Origin: Vitrella brassicaformis CCMP3155
Taxonomy: Eukaryota; Protista; Chromerida
Direction of reading: 5' to 3'
DNA: 64,000 bases
Assembly: GCA_001179505.1 (NCBI GenBank)
Contig: CDMY01000253.1
Location: forward strand, 1 to 64,000
This document shows, in pieces, positions 1-13,505 of this stretch (position 1 is its first letter; each line of letters opens with the position of its first letter). The notes below the pieces were generated by a model. It did not search any database. It worked only from the letters and a program-made list of their open reading frames with translations, and had not been told where the DNA came from. Made by a program: the position numbers and the translations under genes.

Positions 1-276
1 GGAAAACACAAACCAGATTGCTGCGCCCATGTAAGAATAGGTGGGAGAGAGTCGGGGAGAATGGTGAAGAGAGGATCTGCCGGGCGGTCAGTCCCGGATA
101 AAGGATTAAGTCAATGCAACGTAAGGTCTGTGGATTTTGTGGAGAGTCCACGTAGGACATGTAGTATGCGTCAGTCCATCCTGTCTGACGTCCTGTCCGC
201 CATGGCCTGTCTCATGGAACGGACAAAGACTCAACAGCCGTCCTGTCTCACAGATCAGTGGATCGTCGGTCTATGA

Positions 277-297
277 ACCCTAGACCCTAAACCCTGG
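277..297. repeat. Degenerate telomere-like (CCCTAAA-type) stretch
   Basis: Sequence aaccctagaccctaaaccctgg has three imperfect CCCTAAA-like units. It is short and could be chance. Confidence 0.3.
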
Positions 298-408
298 ACC
301 GACTTGCACTTCTGACAGCACCTTGCCACACACGGATGTGCGCAGGGGCGGGCTGTGTGTGCAGTTAGAGGGAGGGAGGGAGGGGGCGTGCACTGCACTG
401 CGCGTGTG

Positions 409-443
<35 letters not shown>

Positions 444-455
444 GTTGTGTGTGTC

Positions 456-519
456 CCCGCGCCTGATTCAAACCATTAAGTAGATGATCCCGCGCCTGAT
501 TCAAACCATTAAGTAGATG
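456..519. repeat. Tandem duplication, 33-bp period, 2 copies
   Basis: cccgcgcctgattcaaaccattaagtagatg starts at 456 and again at 489. Confidence 0.9.
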
Positions 520-961
520 CACACGCAGTGCATGACTGCAGATGGAAATTATGTATAGTCTGCCTGTGGAATTATCCTCTTGTCGATGATCAGAAGGCAT
601 GGAAGAAGATCCAGGGCAGACCACCCGAAACGGATGAGTCAACCATCAACGATCCACATCACCCACCCACCTTCGTGTCCTTGTCGTCCTATGCCTGAGT
701 TTCGGTCTTCGAAGAACGTAGGAGTGGATGAGCCGTTTTGTCGCAGAGCTCGCAGAGGGAAGGGAAAGGAGGAAGGATTCACCGATCTGCACATATGTGC
801 TGACGTGGTCAGATCCTCACCATAGATCCACTGTTGTGTTGTCAAGCTGAAAGGCAGGCAAGGAGGCGGCGCAGACAACAGAGCCGTGCCGTGCGGGCCC
901 GCCACTTTTGATGAGGTGAGAGGTACACAGCGCCACACGCACGTCTGAATCATATAGATAG

Positions 962-2127
962 ATGACCAAACGGTGTGTTCATTCTGTCGTTTGCTGTGCT
1001 TATTTCTGTTGCTTGGCTGGCAGCCCGGGTCGGTACGCGATGAGCTTTGCGTCCGTGATCTTACTGCTAGCCAAGCTGCTGGCGGGAGCCTCATCGGGGT
1101 CCAACGCGCGCCTGCGTGCCTTTCTGCCAGCGTCGTGCAGCGTTTCTGCCCACGTACCGCACCCTGCCATCTGTACGGCGCAGCACTGCACGATCACGCC
1201 ACTGGCGATCACGTCTCAGCAACGAGTGGGTGGAGGACTTGGTGCCTACTCTACTCATCCGTCTACGGAGCACACGCGCACAGCTGGAGGAGTCCGCCGA
1301 TGACCGTGACGAGAACCTCCATCTCCTCCTCCAAGAGCACAGGAGTACACGCACTGGTCCAAGAGCATTGCATGTATGTATGCGCGTGTGCATGCGTGAG
1401 TTTTGTAGGTCCAGAGACTCCCACTTTTGAGTTTCCTGTCGCTGTGCGGCTTCCCCCATCATATCGAGTAACAGACACAGACAAATAGAGCAGTGAATCG
1501 GTTTCTTCCTTGCCGCAGGACCTTGATGCGGACAGCATGATCACCATAATACAGCTGCAGGACACGGAGGACGAATACAAGCAAGATGTTCCGGAGCAAG
1601 AAAGGAAGAAGGAGTCGCTGAAGCGCAAGGAGGAGAGCGACGGTTTGTCCGAGGTGGAGAAGTATGAGCTGTCCCGTATTGAGGCTGAGCTAGCTAGTAC
1701 ATCGGAGCTAGTGGCTAACATCGGAAAACTAAGTAACGCCGCGTGCGCACCATATGTCAGATTCTGCCCTTCTCCCCTTACTTTTGTCACAGAGGGACGT
1801 CATCGTGAAAGCCGAGGAAAGACGAGCACGAATGCGCGAACGTGGGCCTCTGATGAGAAAGACCAGGAACGCAATTCCTCTTTCTGCTTGTTTCTTTCTA
1901 GTGGAAGCAGAGAGGGTGAATCTGGAGTCACGAATCAGGAGATTGAAAACTGGTAACATCATCGATCGATTATTCAGTGAGACAGAGACATCGATACAAG
2001 TATATACGTACACGCATTTGTCCTCTCAGAGCAGAGGCGATTCGATGTCGCAGTTCTGGTGGGTATCGGCGGAATCATCGCCCTCGTCGCGGAAAAGCTA
2101 CTACAGGCCCTGCTCGGAAGCACCTGA
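962..2127 (+). CDS. Hypothetical coiled-coil protein with putative bipartite plastid leader and C-terminal hydrophobic anchor (multi-exon)
   Basis: Manual splicing gives MTKRCVHSVVCCAYFCCLAGSP|AFLPTYRTLPSVRRSTARSRHWRSRLS..., then a charged helical exon at ~1520-1730 (EDEYKQDVPEQERKKESLKRKEE...), then KL|MEAERVNLESRIRRLKT|EQRRFDVAVLVGIGGIIALVAEKLLQALLGST*. The last three exons join in compatible phases. The first exon and the exon 2/3 junction are less certain. Confidence 0.55.
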
Positions 2128-3476
2128 TTCTAAATCACTTCTGTAAGCCAAGCAGACACAGCCACACATACATTGAGGGACTGCAGTACCAACAGTAACT
2201 GTGTCCTAGGTTTGTGGATGTTTAGTCTGAGGGATCGATATCATTTAGGCTTCAAGACGTGCACGTAGAAGCGTAGACGAATGATGTGAATGGGTGGGCT
2301 TATGGGACGACCTCCTTCATTGGGACCTGCATGGCCGCCCGAGGACGCAGACAAATGCACAGCGGAGGGATACGTTCTCACGACTCGAGATGAACAGACA
2401 GACAGATAGACAGACAGACGGACGCACTGACGGATAGATGACTTTTGTCTGCGTGATGACGCTTTCATTCTTGACGGCTGTTCTTCCTCGTAGCTCCCAA
2501 GCATCGCTCAGAGCTATATGTATTGACTCAGTTGACACAGCTGGGCGTGTACAGTACTCATTGATGTGTGCTTGAGATGTTCGAGAGATACGTTCATTCG
2601 CCCGTCCATATATCCATTCACCTACCTACCCATCGGTGAGAGAGCGAAGCCCCACAACATGTACTGGTCAATTCGCCATGATCTTGATCCGTTCATTCAT
2701 CGACTCGACGTGCGCAGGAACAACACAGCGTGGATCTGCCCGCCTGCCTGCCTGCCTCCGTATCTGTCTGTCTTCATTGAGCAGTCAACCGGCCTTTTTG
2801 GGCCTCAGGGTAGACAGGCAGCCAGACAGAGACAGACAGACAACCACAAGACGATCGACGTAGATAAAGGCAGACGACTCACCCAGCCAACGAACGAACC
2901 AACCAACACGTCCCCCTTCCCGCGCAAACATGGCCAGCCAGTGAGGCTGAATAATTCCCCTGTCTGCCTGCCTGCCTGCCTACCTTTCTGTACACAGCAG
3001 ACAGACAGACACAGGCAGGGGATGAGCGCACGCACAATACCACTCACTCACTCACTCACTGTACACATTAATATGTTCTATATATAGCGGAGCGGACAGA
3101 CGGAAGCACATCGGCCTCCCACTAGGTAGGTACGTCACGTCCACACGCCATACACAGAAGATAGACATACACACAGACACACACACACGGCACGGCACGG
3201 AGGACGGACCAATAAACCATCCATCCAGCAGACCACCCATTACATGCATACAGCAAAAGACAAAAAACACGTGTATGGTATGCGTCATGGTTTATCCATC
3301 CATCGTGTGGACAGGAGAGATAAAGGCCACTGACCGACCGGCCGACCGATGCACACACTCACACTCACTTGCACACACGTGACTGGCCCAAACCCACCCC
3401 CCCAGCCACATACCCATTGCTACGGGTCAACAAATCCACACGCACACACATAGCATGGATGTCACGCCTTTTCTGT

Positions 3477-6344
3477 CTAAGCGTGGAATGGAAAGACGAC
3501 AGCTATGGTGAAGATGGCCACGGTGCCATAAAGGATGTCCAGCATGATGCCGACCTTCATGAAGTCGAGGAAGACATAACCGCCGGGGCCCATCACCATC
3601 AGGTGGGTCTGGTAACCTGCAAGCCACACAGTCACACGGAGAGAGAGAGTGGGGTGCTGATGGCTGGTGTGTCTGTGAGGGGTGTGGTTCTGCCGCACCG
3701 AGTGGCACTGAGAAGGCGGCTGAGGCGGCGATCATGACGGCCATGGACAGAGGCCGATACGAGATGCCCAACAGGCTGGCCAGCTGCACCGCCAGCGGCA
3801 TGGCCAACGCTGCCGCCTACACATCCATCCATCCATCCATCGACACACACACCCTTGTTCACTGCACTGCCATGCATACGCACCGCGTTGTTGGTCACAA
3901 GCTGGGTCATGACGAGTGTGGCGAAGTACAGCAGGGCCAGCGCGACGAATGGCGACGTCGACACGGACCGTATGGCGTCGGCGATGACCGCCGCGAGGCC
4001 GCTGTTGTCCATGGCCGTGCCGATACCGAAGGACGAACCGATCAGCAGCACCAGCGACCAGGACACCGAGTCGATCGCCTCGGTGGGCGTCAGCCACCTG
4101 CACACACACACACACACAATATCTCGGTCTCTCTGTGCTGTATCTGCCTCAATGTGTGTGTGTGTACCTGAAGACGACGTTGAGGAGTGCGCCAGCGAGT
4201 GCGCCGAATGCAATGTCGATGACGTTGGCGGCGGCGAGGGCGAGCATGAGTAGCATGAGGACGGCCGACCCGTACTCGGCCCACTTGGACTGCGGCGTGT
4301 CCTGGCCCAGGTTGCCCTTCTCACTCACCACATAAAAATCGGTTGAGGTGCCCCAACGGCTCAGGAAACTGACCATACACACAGACACGTGCACACACAT
4401 GCCACCCACCAAGTGTGTGTGTGTGTGTGTGGGCCTGTGTGTGCATTGTATCTTACTCTTTGGGGGCGAGCAGCAGCAGTGTGTCGCCCACAATGATGCG
4501 CCAATCCTCTATGTGCGAGTGGCCCAACACGCCGCCACCACCACCACCTCCGTGAGTGTGTTCCCTCTGTCCATGTGTGCTGGCGGGGCTGATACCACTC
4601 CCCATGAGCTGCTGGAAGCCATACGACTGTCCACCCAGCACCCCCAACCCAAGGCCAAAGGGGCTGCTGCCTCCCCGCCCACCCACACCACCCACCATGG
4701 GCGACCGGGCCGTCCCGCCCCGGGCAAAGGCCTCCAGCGCTGCTCGCGGCGAGCCGCGCGGCGCCACCCCTGGGTCTCCATCAGATGTGTTGTCATGATG
4801 ATGCGCGTGTGTGTGGGGGGATGGGGGCGATGTCTTGGATGTGCCTGGGGAGGGAGAGGCAGACGGCGAGAGGGAGGGGGACGGACCTAAGCCGTCCGCT
4901 GCTGCTGCTGCCGCCGCCGCCGCCGCTGCTGCTGCTCCGGCGGCGGAGGGGTGTGGTATGCTCATGGTGGACAGAGACGCCGCGGGGGAGGTCAGCGAGT
5001 GGGTGGACTTTCGCACGAAGTGGGGGACGGCCAGGGACTCTGGGTCGCATCCGACGGCTGACACGGGGTGGGGCTGGTGCACTGACGACGCTGCACACAC
5101 AGACACACACAGACACTCAGACACATGGCGCGCCACACACGCGTGTCTGAGCAGGTACCATGGTGATGGTGAATGAAGTGCGCCGAGGCCCGGGCGGACA
5201 TGACGGGCGAGTTGGCGTTGAAATGTGCTGTCTGTCCCCTCCTGCGAATGGCGAGCACCGACACGCCATAGATGGAGACGATGTTGGGGTCGTTGAACCG
5301 CCGGCCGATGAAGTGGCTGCCCGGGGCGACCACCACCTCAACCAGCTGCTCCATCAGCGAGTGCAGCTCGGTGGTACCCAGCCGATTCAGCTTCACGTCA
5401 GGGATTTCCAGACGCTCGCCGTTCTGCTGAGCCTGCACGTAAGCAAGCGCCACACGCACACAGACGGGTGAGAGACACCACGCACATGGGTGTTGTTCCC
5501 CTTGTTTTATGCTTACTGTGAGGACGGCGTCGGCGTCACACGCGAGCAGCAGCTTGTCGCCCTCACGGAAGACCATCTCGGGGCTATTATAAGAAATAAA
5601 GAAGGATTATCTGGATGATTCACTGTACCCTGCTTGGTACTGCTGGTACTACGCCTACCCGATGGGGTAGACCTTCTGCCATCCCTCCTCCTCCACGTTG
5701 AACCGGAGGCCCTTCTGCTGATGCCCACTGGTGCCAGTGGCAGGCGGTCTGCTGGTGTGCGGCGGGCCGATGACCACTGGCTCGCTCGTCGTCCTGAACC
5801 GTAGATGGTCGTGTTTGTCGGGGGAAGAGCTGGCCGACGTGGTGGGGGTCTGGATGGCGTGAGGGTGTGCTGCGGTCATCATCTCGATGCCTGTCGGGTG
5901 TGGGTGTGGGGGCGGGGTGGCGATCGGCTCGATGGTCACCTCCTCGTGTCGCCGGCGCAGCAGCTGCAGGGCGGTGGCCTCGCCACCGAATATCTCCATC
6001 ACCGTTGCCAATATCGGCCGGCCCACCAGCTTGCCTGCATGGGAAAACAAGAGACAACGTCGTCTCTTTTCCCTTCCTCTCTCTCCCTGCGTGTGTATGT
6101 GTGTGTGTGAGTGAGTGAGAGGCTTGCAGACCTTTAGGGTTGACAACGAGTTGTGTGAGGAACTCTGATGCGTGTTCCTTTGTGTGCCTGAAGAGGCCGC
6201 CCTTGTTGTCGGGCAGCAGGTAGTAGCCCAGCGTCAGCATGTAGAGTATCGCCACCACCTTCAGGCCAGGCAATCCATACGTAGTGAGGGGACAAATGGA
6301 CAAATGGATGGATGGATGGATACAGTCGATGCGCGTCTGGTGTG

Positions 6345-6376
<32 letters not shown>

Positions 6377-7454
6377 GAAACTCACCCCTGCCGGCACGCC
6401 CACAGCCCCGTTATCAAAGAAGCCAAAAGGCTGCAATCCCTTCGCCTGCAGGAAACCTGCACAAAGAGAGAGAGAGAGAGAGAGATGGAGAGATGTGTGC
6501 AGGTTGGCACGCATGGCTCCCCCCAACAGCACAGCCTATGCACCTTGCACGAGCAGGTTGGTGGATGTGCCGACGATGGTGCAGACGCCGCCGAGTATGG
6601 ACGAGTACGAGAGGGGGATGAGGAACTTGGAGGGCGCCATCCGCTGACTCCGCGCCCACTCACGGATCAGAGGGATGAAGAAGGCCACCACACTGACATA
6701 CACACAGACACAAACACACATTTGGTGAACGAACGAACGATTATCGATGCGTCACTTACGGCGTGTTGTTGAGAAAGGCCGACAGCACCTGAATACCCAC
6801 GCGCACACACAGGGAGCCGAGCATAGCATAGCACATGACTGACTGCGTGTGTGACCGACCCAGCCTCTCACCATGACAATGACCATCTGTCTGAGAATGC
6901 CCCATCTGGCGCTGAATCGGTTGCTCTGTCCGCCGCCGGCCGTGTGTGTGTTTGGGCGGCCGAACAGCGCGACCAAACACTGGCGCAGGAACTTGGCGCG
7001 CGAAGCCGTCTTGACGAGCACAAACAGCGCAGCCACCGTGATCATTCCGCTGTTCGAGAAGCCTGACAGATACAGCCGGGGGAGAGGTGGGAGGTGAGCA
7101 CGCCGCCTGTCTGTCTGTCTGCCTGTCTGTCTGTCTGTCTGTCTGGTGAGAGTCAGTGACTGACCAGCGAGTGCCTCGTCGGTGTTGAGTATGCCTGCCG
7201 CCCACTCCATGACCAACGCCGCCATCACCTGTCAGCCACAACACAAGCACAACACAAGCACAGTGCACCACACAGAAAGCAGCTCGTTTGTCGGTTCGTT
7301 TGTCCGTTGGTGCAGTGCTGTGGTGTGGGAGGGCACATCACCCACTTGGCGTACATACCAGTGTTTCGGGCGGGTACACCTCCCAGCAGAGTGCCCCAAA
7401 CATGACAACAAGCACACTGGCAGTGTACCACCCCTTCCAACCCATCGCCGCCAT
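3477..7454 (-). CDS. SLC13/DASS-type anion (Na+/sulfate or citrate) transporter with TrkA-C domains, SLT/SAC1-like
   Basis: Exons encode MAAMGWKGWYTASVLVVMFGALCWEVYPPETL, GFSNSGMITVAALFVLV, PSKFLIPLSYSSILGGVCTIVGTSTNLLVQG, TrkA-C-like segments (FREGDKLLL; EVVVAPGSHFIGRR...VLAIRRRG; IVGDTLLLL), LIGSSFGIGTAMDNSGLA, LVTNNA and YQTHLMVMGPGGYVFLDFMKVG. These are hallmark motifs of this family. Confidence 0.92.
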
Positions 7455-7762
7455 GTTCTTGGTGTGGCCACTCAGATACAACCACAGCCACGATCAAGAG
7501 CTGCTGCTTGCCTGCTTCACTCACTCTCCAACTCAACACTCATCGTGTGCTTTTCCCTCCTCCTCAACACGCAAGCAAACCCTAAAAGTGTCGTGAAACG
7601 GAATCCTCCAAAAGAGCTTGGACGTGAGGAATGCAAAAGCCCCTGTCTTTGGCTTGATCTCTCCCTCTTTCTTGTCTGTTCAACGAAGATGCGTGAAGCG
7701 GCGACAGGCCGACAGCAATGAGGGAAGGAGAAGGAGACCAGTGGATCAGGAGAAGGAGGAGG

Positions 7763-10700
7763 ATGTTCTCGTCGGTGCTGCTGCTTCTGGTGGTGCTGCA
7801 AGCATCATCCTGCGGCCGCGCTGACGATGCATTTATTGTCCGACCATCATCAGCAACCATACGCAGACAGACACGTGAGTGGGCGAGCCAGTGAAGCGGC
7901 GCCACGCACACGCGCACACAGCGCAGCACAACATGCACTTCTCTCTCTCTCTCTCTCTCTCTCTGTGTTTTGTGTTGTGTGCCCTGCGCAGAGAATCACT
8001 ACCATGTGTGGATGGCCAGCACCATCGCCGAGCGCTCGGCAGAGATCGTCGTGGCACCGAGGCGGCCGGTGGTGGGCCTGCCTAACACATCACGACGGAC
8101 ACCCACACCCGCCCCGACGCCCTCCAAAGCCGACAAGCTGGAACAACTCTTGGGATTGGACAAGTGAGTGCGATCTCACCATACACAAGCGTTGGTTTCC
8201 TTCTTCATTCCTTCATTCATTCATTCAATGACACAATGCAGCTACAACGGGACGCGTGTTTCCGACTACTACCGAGGCCGCCCCGTGCAAGTGGCCCTCC
8301 GGATGCGCCGGATCCTGGCGCCCCTGTTGTCATGGTGGGTGCAGACCCGCATCGACGACGCCACGGGCCGGTGGAGGTCACCCGACGCACAGGAGCGCCT
8401 CGACGCTCGGCGGGCCGAGCAGCTGAGGCGGGCGCTCGTGGCAACCGGCAGTGTCACCTTCATCAAGAGTGGACAGGTGGGTGGGCGAACGCCACGGATT
8501 GCAAGCATCATGTTCTCTGACGCTAATTGTGTTGTGTTCAGGCGTTGGCGCTTCGTTCTGATTTAGTCAAGTCGCCCCTGTACATCAAGGAGCTCGAGAA
8601 GCTGCAGGATGCCGTCGGTGAGTGAGGCACTGAGTCACACACCACACCGCACCTCCCTCCCTCATGAGCTTTGCCGCTTGCCCCGCGCACCCACACACCT
8701 ACAGGTACGTTTTCGACGCCCTTGGCGATGCGCATCATAGAGGAGGATTTGGGTGTGCCTGCCGACGAGCTCTTTGAGTTCGACCCGCCCGAGCCGATCG
8801 CATCAGCTTCCATCGGACAGGTAACTAACTGTAGTTCATCAGCAGAGAGGCCATAACCTGCACTCGTACGTGTGTGTGTCACAATGATGCAGGTGTACCG
8901 GGCACGTCTGAGGGAGTCCGGCGAGCTTGTGGCCGTCAAGGTGCAGAGACCAGAGTGAGTATACACAACAGACACGACAAGGCTTTCAGACCCACCCATG
9001 TGTTCATCACGACGGTGGATTTCTGTCTGTGCTTCTCTGCTNNNNNNNNNNNNNNNNNNNNNNNNNNNNNNNNNNNNNNNNNNNNNNNNNNNNNNNNNNN
9101 NNNNNNNNNNNNNNNNNNNNNNNNNNNNNNNNNNNNNNNNNNNNNNNNNNNNNNNNNNNNNNNNNNNNNNNNNNNNNNNNNNNNNNNNNNNNNNNNNNNN
9201 NNNNNNNNNNNNNNNNNNNNNNNNNNNNNNNNNNNNNNNNNNNNNNNNNNNNNNNNNNNNNNNNNNNNNNNNNNNNNNNNNNNNNNNNNNNNNNNNNNNN
9301 NNNNNNNNNNNNNNNNNNNNNNNNNNNNNNNNNNNNNNNNNCCCCCCCATCAGCGCGTACTCCTCTGCTGCATTGGACATCTACATTCTGCGGGTGCTGG
9401 CCAACTCCTGGAAGAAATACAAGAAGCTCAGGAGCGACATGAAGGCCATCAGCGACGAGTTCGGCAAACAGGTACGACATGCACCGCCGAATCCTCCTGG
9501 GCACGTGCGTGCATCCTTTTCTCTCTCTCTGTGTGTGCGTGTAGCTGTTTGGCGAGTTGAACTACCAGCAGGAGGCCCGCAACTGTGAGAGATTCGGGCA
9601 GCTGTTCGGCCAGGGCAAAGTGGCGGGCATCCAGGTGCCCAAATGCTACACGCAATACACGTCACGGTAAGTCGGTCGGTCGGCAGACCCACGCCGACAC
9701 GTGCACAGCGCGCCAACCCCACACAATGATGTCAATCGTCTGTCCGTCTCTGTTGGCGGCGTCTTGTGTGGGTGAATGGATGGATGTGTGCAGGCGTGTG
9801 TTGGTGCAAGAATGGGTAGAGGGTGAGAAGGGTCCCTGGCGGCAGGACGGCCAGCGGCTCCTCATGCTTGGCCTCCAGTGCTCCGTCCTGCAGCTCTTCG
9901 AGTCCGGCTTCTTCCACGCAGGTTGGCCCCTTCCGCCAAACACACACACACACACACACACAGTGATCTTGAGTGTTGAGTGGGTGTGGCGGTCAGATCC
10001 CCATCGTGGGAACCTTCTGAGAACACCCGACGGTTCGCTGGCTTATCTGGATTTTGGCATGATGGCCAATGTCACCGAAGAGAAGAGGTGCACGCGGCAG
10101 CACTCACAGACACACACACACACACACACACAAGCGGCCACCCACCGTGTGTGTGTTGTGTGGCGTGGCGTGTCAGGTATGGTCTCATCGGCACGTTGCT
10201 CGGCTTGCAGAACAAAGACATCGGCCTCGTGGCAGAAAACCTGGTGACACTGGGGTTCCTGCCCGACGAGACGCAGTTGGACGTTGTCGTCCCTGCGCTC
10301 GAGAACGCCATCGCCGATGCGTCAGGTACGAGTGGCCGGGGGAGGTGGGGGGGAGGGGGAGGGGGTTTAGTGACCAAAGTGGTTCACGAGTTGCATCTTT
10401 TTTGTGCGCTGACTCCTTCCTGTGTGTATGGGTGTGCGTCAGGGGGGCGGGGGACGTCTCGACTCAACTTTACCAGACTCAACGAGAATGTCCAGGAGAT
10501 ATCATACCTGCTGCCGTTCCGCATCCCACCCTTCTACGCGACCATCGTCCGCACACTCACCATCCTTGAGGTAAGCTGCCAGCACAGCATGTCAACGAAT
10601 GACACCTACATGCATACACGCACTGGTTGTTGGTGTGCAGGGTCTGGCGCTGAATGTGGATCCTGATTTTCGTCTCATTCGCGGGAGCTACCCCTACGTG

Positions 10701-11905
10701 GCTCGCCAGATCCTCGAGTCCAACTCCTGGGCGCTCCAGCGGCTGCTGCAGCGGTTCCTCATGACGCCCCAAGGCCGCATCGACTGGAAGCGCCTCGAGC
10801 AGCTGCTGCAGCTCGCGTCAGCCGCTTCCAGCAACGACTACGCCACATTCAAGAAGGTGCCATTTGCGCGCGATGGATGGATGCACTGGGGCCATTCATT
10901 GTGTGTGTCGTCCATGCCATGCATCAATATAATGTGTGCAGGCGCAGAAGAAGAGCGACCTGCGTCGGTTCTACAACCGGACATTGGTCGACCAGCAGCA
11001 GCAGGAGGAGGACGATGAGGACCTGCACATCTCCACCGCTGTGGTCTTCCAGATCCTCGACTTCCTCTTCTCACCCAGAGGCGAGTTCCTCCTGGAGGCC
11101 CTCATCAACGAGATGGTTGACGTCGTCGATGACGTCGGCCTCGCCACCGCCGGCCTCGCATCCATCGCCAGGTATGTCTCTGTGGGAGGGAGGGAAAGAG
11201 GGTGGGAGAGAGTACGGAATTGTTTGTTTGTTTGCCTGTCCAAATCTCAGCGGAGGTATTCTCGCGCGCCCGACGGAGCTGCCGGATCGCGAGAGGCTGG
11301 AGCTGGTGCTGCGCCTGGCGCTGCGGCTGGCTGATGCCCGCCCCTCACCAGCAGCATCAACATCCCCGCAATCTCAATCTCCCCTCCTACCCGCCGCATT
11401 CAGCTCCTTCATGGCTACCACGACCAACGGCCAGCAAAGCGGTCAACAGAGGCAGAGTGACGTCCGGCGGTTCGCGGAAAGAGTGGTGGCTCTCCTAAGG
11501 GATCCCCGCACGAGCAGCCAGTTCAGCACAATCATCCAGAAGGGAGGCGGCGTGGCGGCCGAGGTCTTGCGGCGGCTCTTCGAACGGTCCACTCAGCGCG
11601 CCTTCCGGCAGGGCGTGGAGGCCGTCCTCAACCCGACCGCCCTGGGCCTGGCGGGCAATGCCCTCAGCATCCTCTCGCAGACTCTCACGCCACCATCACC
11701 GCCCAACACTGCAGGATCAACGCAGCAGCAAAAGCAGATGCAACAACAGGCCGATGGGTCTCCCCGAGCTGGCGATGGCGGCCGGCGGGGAGGGAGGCGG
11801 CGCATGCGGCGTGTGAGTGACTTCAGCAGCGGGTCGGTGTCGTCCTTCGATGACGGCAGCAAGGGTGGTAGGCGGGGAGGGAGGAGGGGAATGCGACCGA
11901 GATAG
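7763..11905 (+). CDS. ABC1/UbiB atypical protein kinase (ABC1K family), predicted plastid-targeted; contains a sequence gap
   Basis: Motifs TFIKSGQ, KELEKLQD, EPIASASIGQ|VYRARL...VAVKVQRP, FFHA|DPHRGNLL, LAYLDFGMM and FRIPPFYATIVRTLTILE|GLALNVDPDF. The N-terminus MFSSVLLLLVVLQASSCGRADDAFIVRPSS looks like a signal peptide followed by an F-initiated transit peptide. Confidence 0.93.
9042..9341. other. Assembly gap (300 N)
   Basis: Run of N inside the ABC1K gene, followed by a poly-C run. Confidence 0.99.
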
Positions 11906-12542
11906 GGACAGAGATGGCCTGGTGGGGGGAGGGATTGATACGTGTGTGCGGAAGGGAAAGAGACGACTTACGAGACAGACGTTTTGTGTGCGGGTTTTGT
12001 GTGCGAGAAGATCTGAGGGAGAAAGAGAGGGGAGGGGTGTGAGAGGCACGAGCATGGCGTGGCATGCGATGCATGCTGTGAAGGCCGTGTTTTGGGCAGG
12101 CAATGCCGCACGAGCGGGCGAGTCTTATGCGATGCGATTGCGATGCGATGCGTCTTGTGTGTGTGGGGGTGGGTGTACAGAAGGACTGACTTATCTAGTA
12201 GGGCTTTATAATATACAGCAGTGTGACGTACGTGTCAGTGCAATCAAATGCGGCTCAGCTGTCCACAGTGTGTGTTGCCAATCCTTCAAACTCCTTGAAC
12301 CTGAGCCAGCCGGGTTTACAAATACAATACAATACTGGGTGTGCATGAATATGTCCGTCCGTGTGGTATGTATGGGTGTCCTGGCCATATGGGATGGCAT
12401 CCACACGCGGCAGTCATACAGGCATCATTGTTGATAAAGAGCACACCACCCATAGCATAGCAGTGCAATCAGGCCATGCACACCGTCACCCACCACAGCC
12501 ACTAATTGACACGCACGCACATTTCCAGCTCTCCCCATAATC

Positions 12543-13227
12543 CTAAATCACACAGGCCGACGCACAGGCGCCCATCAATACCAGCAGTAGCAGCAGCCAT
12601 CGACACCAGGAGCAGCAGCAGCAAGAGAGCCTGGATGAACAGGCTGGTGTTGCTGCACCCCTCCCCCCAGTCAGTCCCTCTTCCCCCTCAGGTATGCTTC
12701 TGATGTGTTGGCGCATATGCTTGTGACGCAAAGAAGCACCCGTGCATCCATCCATCCACCCAGTGGCTTAGCACCCAGCGCACAAGACGCACAGCCTTAG
12801 TGTATCTCTCATCCACGGCGAGCGCAACAAAGAAAAAGCCAGAAGCAGGACGAAGGAAGGACAGGTCAGCACGTGACCTGCTGCTGCTGAGTGGCGGTAT
12901 CTCCCCCGTCTGCTGCCGCTGGGGGTGGTCCTGGCTGCTGGCACCTTCTCGTACTAGAGCCATGACACCTCCTCGCGTCGTACCCGCGCCACACCTTCTG
13001 AATCTTCACACACGCCCTCCTCAGAGCAACCAGCCGAATAATGGCCTGCACGAGAAACGATGTCTACGCTGTGCGATGTGATCCGCTATTGCGTGTGTGT
13101 GTCATCCACCCATTGTGTACAGTACCTGAATGAGCCTCTGCCTCCGAAAGTGGCGAAACACCCTCGTCACGACCACAGCTGCCATCCCGTGAACCACCTC
13201 AGCCTCGTCGAGTGTCCCGATGCCCAT
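12543..13227 (-). CDS. IQ calmodulin-binding motif protein (small, multi-exon; 3' structure uncertain)
   Basis: MGIGTLDEAEVVHGMAAVVVTRVFRHFRRQRLIQ|AIIRLVALRRACVKIQKVWRGYDARR contains one canonical IQxxWRGxxxRR motif and one degenerate IQ-like repeat. Confidence 0.5.
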
Positions 13228-13505
13228 ATGTAGCAGACAGTGGACGGAGCAGTGAGCGACCGGGAGTGAGGATCACAACGATGGAGTCCGCTTTCCTTAG
13301 ATCTCGCCTCGCCACACAGCCGTATCAGCCCATTCAACTCACGCAAGGCCAGCGGTGCTGCCTTTGGGGTTGGCGCAAGACCCTTGCCATCTTCACGGGT
13401 TTGTTCCGTGCCCTAAGCGTCTGAGCTCGCATGAGTTTTTACTGACCGTCTTAATTCCGCTCCGTCAGCAGCAGGCCCCTGAAGCCACAGCCCCCAGTAG
13501 CCAAA

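Noticed and set aside
2240-3360. Possible small minus-strand gene
   Set aside because: Short exon-like stretches exist but give no coherent product, so it is left unannotated.
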